Origin: Tricharina praecox
Taxonomy: Eukaryota
NCBI RefSeq assembly: GCF_024521635.1
Contig: NW_026250421.1
Span: 434,001-498,000 of the forward strand
Direction of reading: 5' to 3'
Length of the DNA stretch: 64,000 bases
In this document: positions 24,403 to 36,846 of the stretch, in pieces
Layout: each line of letters starts with the position of its first letter
Numbering within the stretch: the stretch's first letter is position 1
Program-made: the position numbers and the translations under genes
Notes under the pieces: generated by a model
Seen by the model: the letters and a program-made list of their open reading frames with translations, nothing else
The model's database searches: none
What the model was told of the DNA's origin: nothing

Positions 24403-26049
24403 TCAACTGCTCGTTTTGTGGGAAGCGGCGGCGGTGGGGTTTCCTGAGGGCCAGCTAGTACCCAGGCTATCAGTGGAAGGAGGCGGCTGGCCAGTTCACC
24501 GTCGAAAGCAGATATTGATGGTTTTATAATTTATCCCTTGCAAGGAGATAGGTATTCAAAACAGCCATGATCTGATAAGGTCGAATGCTATGATGATTAA
24601 ACAAAAACAAAAACAAAACAACTATCCCAAAAACATCTAAATACGTTGCCATCTATTTCCAGCCCGCTTTGATATCCTAGGGCAGCCCAAACCGATACAT
24701 AGCTCTTATGCATCTCGTAGACACTAAGGGCACTCTGGCCCTTTTTTGTCACGACCGCAAACCCCCACCCCTCTCACAGCCATAGCCGTCCGCATCATCT
24801 CCAGTACTCTCACCAGCTTCTGCAGCTTCTCGGTATTGTTGACCTCCCACTTCATCAGCCCCCAGGTCTTCTTCACGGGGCCCCAGCCCCTTCCCTGCCA
24901 CCGGTAGCAGCGATGGCTCTTTGCCATCTATTTCCAGCCCGCTTTAATATCCTTGGGCAACCCAAACTGATGGCTCTGATGCATCTCGTAGACACTAAGG
25001 GCAGTCTGACCCTTTTGTGTCACGACCGGAAACCTCCCTCCCCTCACCACCATAACCGTCCGCAGCATCTCCAGTACTCTCACCAGCTTCTAGAGCTTCT
25101 CGGTATTGGCGACCTCTCACTTCTTGAGCCACCGAGTCTTCTCCACATCCCGCTGCTCGACCTCGACGATGTTCCCGCCGTCCTCGTGGTACCCAATGGT
25201 CAGGATCGGCGTGCGCGAGAACCACAGCTGCTCTGCCTGCTTGATGTACGTCTTCCCCTTGGGCCTGGACTTGAGCTTGACGATGCTCTCCTCCGGCACC
25301 AGGACTCCTCCCGGGACTTTGCGCACGCCCGTAGGCGCCGCACCCGGCACTATACGCCCCCGTGGGCGCCACGAGCACCTCCCGGGGGGTGCTCCACCAT
25401 ATCCTCCACCTTATCCTCCACCGCGATGCACGCATCGACCTCGAAGCGCATCAGCAACCTCAACCCGTGTCGAAGGACCGCAGCGAAAGCGTGGGGCGAA
25501 TGATTGGTAGTGCGGGGATGAGAGGTCCCAGCGGGTAGGTCGGGAAGTTGAGCCGTGCGGGCGGCCGTTGGTGGGACGGGTCCTGGTCCTCGTCTGCTGG
25601 GATTCGGATGGGCAAAGGCGGTGGTGACCAGATGGGTGGGCAGCCTGTGGAGCTGTTAGTTGAGGTGCTGAGTGCTCGAGGAAGGGAGGTACTACCAGGG
25701 ACGACGATGGTGTTCCGCCAGTTCGGCAGGATGTCGTATGAGGTGAGCACCTCTGCCTCCCGCTGCGAAATGTCGCAGCCCGGGTCGTGGTGGATGGACC
25801 CGCGCTCGATGACGGCGATGCGCATGTCCGTGCCTGCTAGTACGGAAGGCCTGACCATATCGAATTGTAGTATATTGAGGTATTTCCGAAGAATATAATT
25901 GCGCAGGAGAAGCCGGAATGAGGCAGTTTTGTCGTTGTAGGTATTTGGGAAATGTGATGTTTCCGAGTGTCGAATTATTATTATTAAGGTACGCCAATCC
26001 TTAGCTCGCCAGTTTCGAGCCTGCACGGAGTATCACTCGGACGAGTGAG
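24403..26049 (-). repeat. RAI1/DXO-like repeat unit copy A (internally deleted, 3' end duplicated, permuted terminus)
   Basis: Aligns with 39879-42256, 56700-59014 and 59859-61705. The gene 3' end occurs twice (stops at 24653 and 24928). Confidence 0.9.
24928..25858 (-). pseudogene. RAI1/DXO-like nuclease pseudogene (copy A)
   Basis: Deletion of about 240 bp at about 25467 (LSLRSFD joined to GLRLLMRFEVD) removes two motifs. It also has frameshifts and a 4-bp deletion at the intron donor. Confidence 0.85.
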
Positions 26050-27283
26050 ATCCGAGATCAGCCGAGATGAGAGGTATCCACTGTCGGCGAGTGTAATATC
26101 CTGGTGCTCCCGGCGGTGTATCCATAGCGGCTTAACTGTGGTAGGTTATCTACCTGGCGGTTGACCAGGTAAGTGTGGTATATCAATCACCTGAAAGTGG
26201 AGAAACGGAAAGAAAATTAGACTATTTCGGTAGCTTGTGGTGATCGTCAGCGGCTTCCTATCCAATTCTTTAGCCAAAAAGGCTAGATGAAGTGAAGCGC
26301 GCTTAAGGCGCTAATGAAGTCGCCCCCTGCACAGATCTACCATCGAAGTCCTTTCGCCGTCGTCTTGATAGGCTTATAGACGCGAAACAAAATTGATGAG
26401 CCCCATCTACCAGCGAAGTCCTTCGTCGTTCACTACGATATAACGACATCCAAGATCACAGAAATCTAAAATCGACCACGGAAGAGGCTGACAGAGAAGA
26501 GAAAGACAGGCAGAAGCTAAGCGCCTCGAACGCGGCGGTACCGCAACCCCCAGTGTTCTCCATAGTCCAATCCGAACTGCAATCCAGTTCCGTCTTCGCC
26601 TTTTGGAAGACGGGGAAAAATCAGTCCTTCCCGTCCGCCAATCTTCAGGGCAGGGTTAGACTGCACTGCGCAGTCGACTGCAGTCTGGTGGTAAAAAAAA
26701 GTGCCATTCTTTTCAGCACTTGTGAATTATGTACCCACCAAATATAAGAGTAATGTCGAGGTAAGTTCTGGTGACACCCGATTGGATGGCAGAACCTAGA
26801 TGTTGAGGTAGGCTCTGGCGACGCCGTAGGCGGCCGAGCGATCGGAAGACAGAACCTAGATGCTGGATCCGGCTTCAAGAACCTAGAGGCGGATTCAGCA
26901 TCTGGAGCCTTAAAGTATAGACTCGGCACCAGGAATTTGGCCGCTTCACTGTGTATATAAACACTGCCCTGTCCATAGTCTCAATCGATATCTTCACTCG
27001 TTTCAACAAGTAAAGCTTTTCCCACTATCGTGTCTTGATTCTCTTCCAGTACCCAGCAACGCCGTGACACCATCTTCATCCAGTACGCCTACCTACTACA
27101 CTCAAACTTCCCTCTACCACTCCTTGTCACCAACACAGACATCAGACTGATAACACCCTATTGAAATCATGTCCACCGCCGACTGGATTTGATATCCTCA
27201 AGTGAAGTTGTGCACAGGGCGTAGCAGCCTTTCCCTACCAGACTCCCAGTGCAAGGCGCAGAAATGACAAACAGTTGCGACCA

Positions 27284-27738
27284 GTTCAAAGAGTGATTCG
27301 GAGTTGAATTGAAGTGCCCTCGCATGCGCTACAATTAATGTGATGTAGAAGACGCAATGAACACTACACGACAGTACCGACATTTACTCAATTGTCCGCG
27401 GTATCTACAGACAATGCGCGACAACATAAACTGACGTCGGATGCGATCAGTGACGAAGCGGCGGCGACTAGTTCTAAGATTACACTTACTACGCAATCTG
27501 TTAGTTGCCTTGATAGCTCCTCTACAGACCGTAGTAAGGGGTAGCGTTTGAGCTAGTAGTCGCCGCCGCTTCATCGGTAATCGCATTGGATGTCATGTTA
27601 TCGCGCATCGTCTGTAGATAGCGTGGACATTTGAGTAGATGATGGTGCTTTCGTGAGGTATTCTCTCCAACTTCTACCTCACAGTAATTGCACCGCATCC
27701 AGGGGCGCTTCAATCAAACCCCGACTTAGTCTTTGAAC
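27284..27738. mobile_element. Inverted pair of BED-zinc-finger-like DNA-transposon relics
   Basis: The minus-strand ORF reads WMRCNYC...NTSRKHHHLLKC, which is BED-like. 27284-27500 is a diverged inverted copy of 27524-27738. Confidence 0.55.
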
Positions 27739-28820
27739 AAGTTTTCGCATAAAAATCAAGCGCCGCTAATCCGAAGCATACCTTGAAGCCAGATTTCGTA
27801 GCCGTCGTAAAGGCAGCAGCCACATCGCGGTCGGAGTTTGGGTTGCACATCTTCCTTACTGGTGAACAGATTTACTATGATAGTTCTTGGCTTTGTTCTT
27901 TGTTCTTTGTCCTTTCGCATCGTCGCATTATGCATAAGCAGTCTTCGTGGCCTTTGTGGCTTTCTCAGCATTACACGAGCTCGTTGTTTCCCTTTGAAGA
28001 TAGTCGTTTTCACTCGTCTTTCGCTTTCTCGTACTTCGTCTCATCAATCAAGTCAAGTCAAGTTCTTCGATCGATTTCATCACACGATCGATTTCATCAC
28101 ACGATCGATCACTCGGTCGAGTGCTCGGTGATGTACCGCGGCAATGGTCGTTGGTGATCCTAGAATCTAGTCATCACGAGTAGTATAGTGTGCTATTATA
28201 CGCTGGGTAGACGCGGCGGCGATAACTCTACTGGGATCCGTCTAAAAGGAGGAGCTCGATCCTCGCACCCAACTTCCTCACGTGCTCACGGTTATTTTCT
28301 ACTTGTGTGTACGGGGAAAGAGCCTGGGACTGTAAACTTTCCTGCCGGCGGACGCGTATCAGCTTGTCATGTGTACAATTCTTGACCACACGATCATCCC
28401 GATGTCCGTCTCCAGTTCCGACGGCGTATTATACCGTGCACTTATATACATGTAGGCAGAACTCATCTTTCCGCCGTTCCGACTGCGCTGTCCTGTTCTG
28501 TCGAAATATCTCACGATTCCGTCCACCTATCCAGAAATGTCCAGCATCGTAACATCTGCTCCATCTTGTCTCGCTGTAGCCGGCTCGTTCGCGGCGAGAC
28601 CGTGATTTCCCCCTGTCGTAGTTCCGTACTGTGATAGTGACTTGGGGCTCTTCTCCTGGCCGGACTCATCGGAGAAGCGCCCGTGCATATCCGCCGTCGG
28701 ATCCGCCACACCTTCGCGGAATGCAAACACCAGCGCAAAGTTACTCGACAGCAAAGCTTCGCGGAGCGCAGATCTGTGGAGGTCATTCACGAAGTCCAGC
28801 AGCAGTTTGACGATCTCGAC

Positions 28821-31800
28821 CTAAAACCTGTAGCAATGATCGACCGTGCAGTGGAGTATCGACAGGAAGCTGTAGTAGTGGAATTTGAACGACCGGGAAG
28901 CGTAGGGGTCGATCGTATTGTGTGCCGGGCGGTTGATGGCGTGTTCCGGTGTCGTGTCACGGCTGGCACTGGATTTAGGTTTGGCGCCGTAGTGGCGCAG
29001 TAGCTCGGCTAATTCCTCCGAGCCGTGGTGGTCGGCCCACTCGAGAACACTTCTGCCGCGGAAGCTGGCGTTGACGTCGGCCCCGTGCTTCACGAGGAGC
29101 GCGGCAACATCGGTGAATCCTTTCTCTACGGTTTGGATAAGGAGACTGCTGTCGTAGTAGCTGCGACTGTATCCGACCACATCCGGGATCTGAAGTTTTC
29201 GCGAGATCCACCATCCTGCTACTGTCGGATTGATCCGGATTTGGGAGTCTGGATTTGCGCCATGCTTGAGGAGCAACGCGACACTGTCTAGGTGGCCCTG
29301 CTCCACGGCTGCGGCGAGAGCGGTGCAGCAATCCCGTCGAGTCGTGTCTATTGCTGGCCCATTTTCGAGGCTTTAGGCAACAATAACCTTTAGGCCGAGG
29401 TATGAGGCGAGATACAACTCAGTGGCATCGCAGTAGCAGTCCGTCGTGATGGCCCTTCCATCCATGAATGATCAGTGTTTGTCGTCACAGCCGAGTATAT
29501 TTGTGCGTTCCCACCCCCGTACGGTGCCGCGTAGCCAGGAACGATACCCACAGCGGTCCCTCAAAAGACTGCGGATAAGAGGCATCCTTTCGCGTTGTAC
29601 TTCTTCCGATGATGCATGCTGCCACCAGTATCTCGAGCAATACTTCAGAAATTTGGCTATAACTGACTGGCCATTCGATTCCTCTGTGGGTTCAGCGACA
29701 CTCTCGATAGTATCCGGGGAATCGGCCCATTGAAGCATAAGGATGCACGTTGCGCATATTTCTGAATCCGCCTTGCGCCTGCGGATGGCGAAGTACGGGG
29801 AAAGGCCCGACCCCTGAAGAGGCAGTCGAATCAGGTATTCCTCGATCGAATAATGTGCCAGCACGATAACCTCTTCCCCCCAGCCATTATTCACCGGCTT
29901 CAGAAGGCTCCCACACATATTGAGAATTTCTTGCGATGATAGTAGCCTCCGCCCAACGTCGACCGTCTGCGTATCCAGACAGATCATCGGTACGCAGGTT
30001 AGTGCTTCTATCGGGAGTGGCTCTTTGCAAGCGATTAGCCACGGGAGAATCCGTCCGGCTGCAGTCCAATCGCTCTTTCTGATATTCCGTAACATCCTTG
30101 AATAGACCGCATCCAACTCGGCGGGCAATGTTTCTAGAGCATCTTCGATCGCAGCCACACTTCGACAGTGTTCGAGGATGTCCATTTGACATTCAACCAG
30201 GCGAAACCTTGACAGCAATACTCAGTCACACGGCTTATAAAATCGGGAGATCCGGGGGCGAGATCAACATACATTCCTTTCGCTCCCTTCACCAGTCTCT
30301 CCCGAATTGAATCTTTCAAATCTGGGTCACGATATCGCCATCTGGGGTCCTTCGATAATCGGCTGTCGACGTAGAGGCCAATATCGTAATCGACCAAGTT
30401 TGTTTGCAGGGAGATGTTTGAAAAATTCAAATAACTTAGGCAAGTTGTGATATGCGCTTCCGCCCGGCTGCTAACTAGGAGTCGGAGGTTAGGGTGGTTC
30501 GACGAATGGAGGTTTTCCAGGAATTTCAACAGCCTCTTGCTCTCCGTGCACTCGTCCAAAGCATCGACTAGAATATAAACGTCTCATTCGAAGAGGCCAA
30601 CCATCTTTGACAGAGCGACGAGTAATTCGGAGGCGCTCGGCCGTTGTGGTGTATGCTCGTACTTTCTGTAAATCCGGCAAATGACGTCGACTACTTGTCG
30701 ACTCTTGCATCTCCAGCCTTGATGGGCGACCTGGGTCACAATGCTCTCTATCATCCGATCCGCCCTCGCCTTTTGTACGTCGGTAAACGTGAAGTAGTGA
30801 TATGCGATGCAGCACTGCTCGTTATCGACCGTTTCTCGAAGCGCCTCGATAGTCGAAGAGCTAACCGACGTTAGCTGCTATTGACATCTGCAGTAACTCG
30901 TCGCATTTCCATACTTGCATTAGAATGCTCTTGCCGGCTCCCGCTGTGGCACTTGGTTAGCTTCCAGCATGGTTCACAGCATGAGGAGAGATCTCACGGA
31001 TGCCGTTTAGCCAAAGATAAGGCTGTTCCCCGAGTCGCCAGGCAGAAAACGCCTCCCCCTTCGTGAACCAGGTCCCGCTGTCGGGCATGCACGTCTCCCA
31101 CGCCGAGTCATGGTTTGCCTTGGTATCAATGCTACCAAACCAGTTGAAAGTGTCGGTGACCAGTTTCTCTACAGTGAATCAGTACGAACCGAGCCGAAGG
31201 GGGGTCTATTCGGGAGGCAAACCGAACTTCCCCTCTTCTTCTCGCCTAGTTCTTTCGCTTCTCTCTTCTAGCTGCCGACTCTGGAGGCTCTTGGTGACAT
31301 CGGATGATAGTCTCTGACGTTTTTCAATCGCGTGCACCGCCGAGGTCACCGCTTCCTGGCTTGATTTTTCTTCGTTCTGAAAAGCTTTTAGATCCGTCTT
31401 GAGGAGCTCGATCACCTCTCTTGAGTTTTGTGCGAGTTGCCTTGCTTTGGTGTGAGCCTTTCGCTAAGACTAGCTCCCGCCGCTCTTCCTCTCCGAAAGG
31501 CCAGTGCTTACTTCTCGCCGGCAGCTATGGCCACCGCGAATAGCGTTTTGTAGGTTTCCAGTCGTTCCATGGATTTCGCGAACTTCTTGTCCTCGCCCAA
31601 GGCCCATCTCATCCGTTTTGACTTCTTTAGTTCGAGGCTCTCGAGGCCTTTGGTCAGCTCGTCAAGGCCTTTGGTCAGCTAGTCAAGGTCTTTGTTGAAT
31701 TCGTGCACCGGCGCCCGGAGACATTCGAGCTTGCTTCCTTGGATTCCCTGTTGCGGATCGTTTTTGAATAGTGTTCATGTCCCTGAGGCTGGTGTGAAGC

Positions 31801-31922
31801 CTTGCGATGTCTGCCAGTGCGTCTATTGCCGAGGCTCCAATCCGCGTAGTGAGGCCGATGAGGCGGTCAATGAGAGCAAAGGTTGAAAAGATTCCAGTCG
31901 CTAAGGCGAACGGTTTGGCCAT
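28821..31922 (-). pseudogene. Fungal NLR-like STAND protein (helical N-terminal domain, NACHT, ankyrin repeats), disrupted
   Basis: GTWF; spliced Walker A WLNGIP|GAGKSIL (about 30920-31015); Walker B VYILVDALDEC preceded by an in-frame TGA (30584-30586); LLVSSR, GAKGMFR, LAHYSIEEYL; ankyrin repeats (GHLDSVALLLKHGANPD). Further stops near 29472 and 29373. Confidence 0.85.
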
Positions 31923-33223
31923 GGTGATGTCCTTAGTGATGTACTGTACAAGAATGGCGGCGACACAACTAAGGTTCCGCAGGAACTTCGAATGAGACTC
32001 GGGGATGGTGAGTACTTCTTCTTGTAGGTATTTTGTTCCATGCACATTGATCGAGGCAGTGACTGTACTGAGCTCAGCCCCTGACAACTCATACCTACAT
32101 GTAAAGTAGAGTAGAAGTTGCCTGCAGGACAGCCTCGAATCATCTGCATGCAAACGCCTGTTTGGAGCTAGCAACCCCACAACCCCGCAAACAGCGCCAA
32201 CACCACCAGTTGCGAACCACATCAAAATCGTTCGCGACAGTTTTCCTCTTACAGAGGCTCAACGACGACCCATTCAAGCGCGAGAAAAGTAAACAAAATC
32301 ATCGTACAGATGATATTGAAATCTCTCAAGGCAAGCGCAAATTCGAGTAGCCGATTGGAGTTGTAGCCGCTCGAGACGACTACCCATGCCAGCGAGTGGC
32401 CTATGTGGCTGTGGTGCTCAGCTACCTACTATCGACTTCCCCGCAAACCAGCGGTCCACAACGAATCGTTCAAGACATAAACGTGATTGGTGGTTGGTGA
32501 TCGAAAGACACTTGATATTTGACGATCCTCTGTGCATAAGCGGAGGTATCGACCGCTACGGTACACACGAGGGGAGGACTGCGCCCGTGTGCGCGCACAC
32601 CGCATTCTGCCTTAATATCAGAGAAACGTGCATTTAAAAGCACAGGCAAGGGAGCTCAGTGAAATTATCAGGTGAAACCAAATCGAACGGATTGTACTTG
32701 TCATACTACGGACCAAGTCCGTGATGCATGGCGGTTGCAGTGCAGTGCAGAGAACAGCGTTTTGTCTCAGGTCCTGCTGGACTTACATACTCTGATTACT
32801 CGGGGGGCCAAAAGTCAATCCCATGCGATGTTATCAGATCAGATCTGTGGTCGAGATATCCACTCGCGTACTCTCTACTCTGAGAGAGTGAGACACTTCT
32901 ATCGGTCAAGACAGCGGCCAAGCCACAGATCTAATCTCAGATAATCATCGGTGGGGGCGGGAGGGAGGTGTGATAGACTTCCTGGCCGTCTGAGTATGTA
33001 GTAAGTACTAGCGCTTCAGAAGTCGAGTTTGGCATCGGTTGACGGAGATGATAATCAGGGTTGGCAGCTGTATTGCTGGCGTCGGCAGGGTCGGTCAAAT
33101 ACCGGCGTCGGGGTGGCTACCTTTGTCGAACTTCGTCAGGGTTCTGCCTCTTGTCTCTCTCAAGTATGGTGTGGCGGAGCAATAGAAGAGCTGCCGGCGA
33201 GAGGAGGAGGTGAAGGGGGACTC

Positions 33224-33314
33224 CTGTCGGCGGGAGGAAGCGAATGCGGTTAGTAGTGGGCATCAACGTTGGCGGGCATGGTGGGGTCTTCTTCTTCTCC
33301 TTCTCTTCTTTCTT
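33224..33314 (+). repeat. Short repeat with (CTT)n-rich tail
   Basis: Matches the reverse complement of 960-1062. Confidence 0.6.
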
Positions 33315-33719
33315 GATCACCATCTATCGAATTGACGGCTAACCCCCCATCTTCTCTCTCTCCTCTGTGTGCGCTTCCTTTCTCGTCGGGCCTGGAGAGT
33401 CATTGGCAAAGATCCCTCGCAAAAATGGCCACTATGGTTCTCTGCGGTGATAAGATATCGCTCCTTCACAATACCCGATGAAGCTAGAAATGTGGCTTTC
33501 TCCAGAAATAGCCTGCATTTATCCCACTGCCAAACCGGACTTCGGAGGCACAGGTAGAAGGATTCAGATGTGTTGATTACTCACATGCTTTTTTTGGTTT
33601 TGGTTTACTGATTGATAGCTTGCAACGCATCTAGATCATGGCGATATTCACACTCCGTTTCTGTGCCCACTACCGAAAGTCCGATCTTCACTCCACCTCG
33701 CCCTCTACCTCTTCACTAG

Positions 33720-33970
33720 GAGCTGCGATGAAGGAGGGTATGTGGAGGAACAGCGGGAGTGGCCCGCCAGTCCCTCGACCTCAGTGCCCTCGTCCTCTCG
33801 CCGCCTCTCCACCAGTCTTTCTTCCCGCTCACTCGACGCCCGCTCCGATGCCTCACTCGTTGCATCATGTTCAGCGACCTCCGTGATCCGCCTCCGACAT
33901 CGGTGGTGGTGAGAAAGTCCAAGGTGGCCTGGCTGCACCGTCTCGTCTGCGAAGAGGTCACTCACGTGCA
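33720..33970 (-). mobile_element. Non-LTR retrotransposon 3' relic, same family as 8590-9020
   Basis: Across frameshifts it reads VSDLFADE.CSQATLDFLTTTDVGG...DATSEASE...EREER...PLFLHIPSFIAA. Confidence 0.55.
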
Positions 33971-35988
33971 AAGGGCGCTAAACAGCTTTCGCTTCGACGT
34001 TGCGAGTGATCGTTAGTGACAACATGATGCTCAACGGACCGTTGCGAACTATGGTAACTCTACCGGTTGAATCAGAATAAGTTCTAAGTTACTCAACTAA
34101 AGAGCCGCCTTGATTCATTCTCAGGGAATGCTGGTGCCAGAAGCCTTGAACGAATGATTTTGTACCAGCAGAAGGAAAACATCACAAAGGGCAGTGCAAT
34201 CACCATCCGAAAGTTGCCTATACATTCGATTTTCCACCGCATGCCATCTCCAAATGAAGTAGCACGAATATCGGCCGCCAGCCGCGTTTCTCCTTGCACT
34301 ACGTACACAGCCCGACACGACGAGACGGACAGCCGATGGAATCGGTACATATCCAGTGCGAAGCATCAGGGCAGCGGTACGTGCATACTCACAGAAAAAC
34401 CGGATGCAACCAGATAGATTGCTGATAAAGTGGATGCGCAAAGGGTTGATATTACCATGTAGGTACACGCCATCGGCTGACGTGCGTCGTGCGCAGGGTC
34501 CAAATCCAAAGGCTGATGCTTGGTGTCGCCGTCCCCCGTCTACCACATGCGTATCGTTTTCTGAGGAGAGAATATGTATGACCTGGTGACTCTGACCGAC
34601 CAGATGATTCAGCGATGAATCCTCTTGCGCTATGCATCCATGTGTATACGCCAAGACACCGGCGTACGAGAACCCGTTCGAACACCACTGGCTGCTGGAC
34701 TTGTACATAATATATACCAGATATAGGCGGTCGCGGTCCACGGTTTCCATGGTGCGCGATGCATATATACTCGATCCGTCCGTTGTCTATGGATTCATCG
34801 TTGGATACTACCAGTCTGCCCTGGAAGCTTCAGCCTTCAGCACGAGGCCGAGAACAGCAGCACCCCCACCTTCGGTGCCGAGCCCTCGTTTCCGCTGCCG
34901 CATTCATGTGCACCGTACTTGCAGAGAGAATTCCAGCCCCCAGGAGCCAAGAACAATACTGTGACAAAAACTTTGTTATTTACGCGCGAAGTGCAGACTT
35001 CCTGCGTATCTAGCGCGGCCTAGCATCTCCCGACCCCACAGGTTCATGTACGAGCACATGGACTCGACAAGTACGATTTGCGATACATACTCGGCAACCC
35101 TGCAGTGTCGCCCTCCCTGGAGTACAGATTCCGACCCCGAGGAGAAGGAAACACCTGCTGGTTGGTCTGCATGTTCGTTTATCGAAATGGATGCAGGAGT
35201 CAGGACGAGAATAACCAGGAGAACGACTCACGAGGCCATTCGATCCCCAAACTTGCCGGATCAGAACAGGTGTAGCAGTCCACGATACTTCGCTATAGGC
35301 GAAGTGCAGATGCCTACTTACATAGTACGTGCTACACCTGGGAATTTCTTGTGATGTATGTACACATCTACCATCCGCATAAGTTTGTTCTCTAGGCGCC
35401 AAACCCGTAGTCGAGGTTCGACAGGTCTCGCCTTTCGAAAGCCTCTCTGATTCTAGGCACGAAAAGGCCGGGCCGGGGGTCCCAACGATGAAAAAGACGC
35501 ATCAACTGGAGTCCCACTGTCTCGGTTACCTCCCTTTCAGTTCCGACAAGCTCGGTACGTATGTTCTTGAGGTCTTCCGGCGGCGTGGGAAGAAGGCACC
35601 TAGGTAAGTACCTAGGTCCTCACTAGTAGCACCTACATAGCTAACCCAACACAAGCTCAAGTGTTCTCAACGGGAACTCAGCAAGACCCCAACACATGTA
35701 CATACCGGTAGGTATGGGATGATATTTCCAGCCCAGGTGGCCTGTTTGGGTCCCTTCGATCCGTGTCGACTCTCGAGGGCCAGAACGCAGCGAAGCGCCC
35801 TAGCTACGGTACCGTGGTTGTCGTTGCATCCCATTGGATCCGGCAAAGTCATCTTCTTCGCGTGGCGCGGCCGTTCCTGTCGTCGCCATCGTCACACGCG
35901 GGAAAAAAGGGTGGCTCGCTAACCTTCGGAAGGCCAAGCTCCTCCCCCTCTCCTAGCGCCACGTGGAAAGATGTTGGCACCGTCATAT

Positions 35989-36846
35989 TTATCTGATGGT
36001 GGTTGTATGTGGTGGGGGGAGGGGCGGGGCGTGAAGAGACGATATCAGATCATCATCACCTTGTCGATTTCCACCACCTCGCAGTGCATACGGAAAACCC
36101 CGCCGTGACGACATCGTCAGCCACATAAAAGCTGGGCGCGAAGAGCTTTCTTGAGGACGAACCAGAGTAAGAGGACTTGAGGGGAGAGCGGCATGAGCTC
36201 GAAGTTGTTGCGTTATTCTGAATTCCAACCATCATCATCACCATCGCCGGAAGAGAGGGGAATGCAGAACCGCAATGGGTTCGGCAACAGCGAAAAACCA
36301 AGCGGAGTTGTCGCGGCAGACCGCGCCATGCTGAGGAGCTTGCCACTATGCGGCGTGCCACTGCACCTTTCCCCACCCGAATCTCCGTCGCCGTTTTTTG
36401 GTGTGAGAGGTATTTATTTTTTCACGCAGCGAACCCATTACGGCAGCTCGCGTGATCAGATATCGGCGATTGCGATAAACCTGCTCCTGTTCCCCCTGCT
36501 CCTCCTCCTCGTCCCTCTTCTCCGGCTGGCATGGGCCAATCAGATGGGATGCATGGCTCGAGTCTCTGGCGCTAGCTCGGATCAGATTACCCCCCACAGA
36601 AAGCTCGGGCACATCAGATAACGTAACGTCTCGGCCAAATCCGGGAGGAGGTGTGGGTCGTTCCTAAGTTATCAGATGAAGATTTTTCAGACCTGCTTGG
36701 CGCTAGGCCCGGAGGGGCCTGGGGGATTTCGCATGTGCGGCGGCATGCAGGACTGGGGTGCGGGCAGGCATGGATCGCTTCGCTAAGGAGCAGTGGCGTC
36801 GCTCATATCTCACACAACAGGGACTTCCACTTCAAGGATCTGATAA
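35989..36846. promoter_or_regulatory. Cluster of SreA/Sre-type GATA iron-repression elements (ATCWGATAA)
   Basis: Perfect sites at 35989-35997(-), 36613-36621(+), 36669-36677(-) and 36838-36846(+). Near matches at 36042, 36455 and 36581. All lie upstream of a siderophore transporter. Confidence 0.8.

Noticed and set aside
34093..35402. ORFs 34121..34750 and neighbours
   Set aside because: No recognisable motifs or consistent gene model. This may be decayed sequence.
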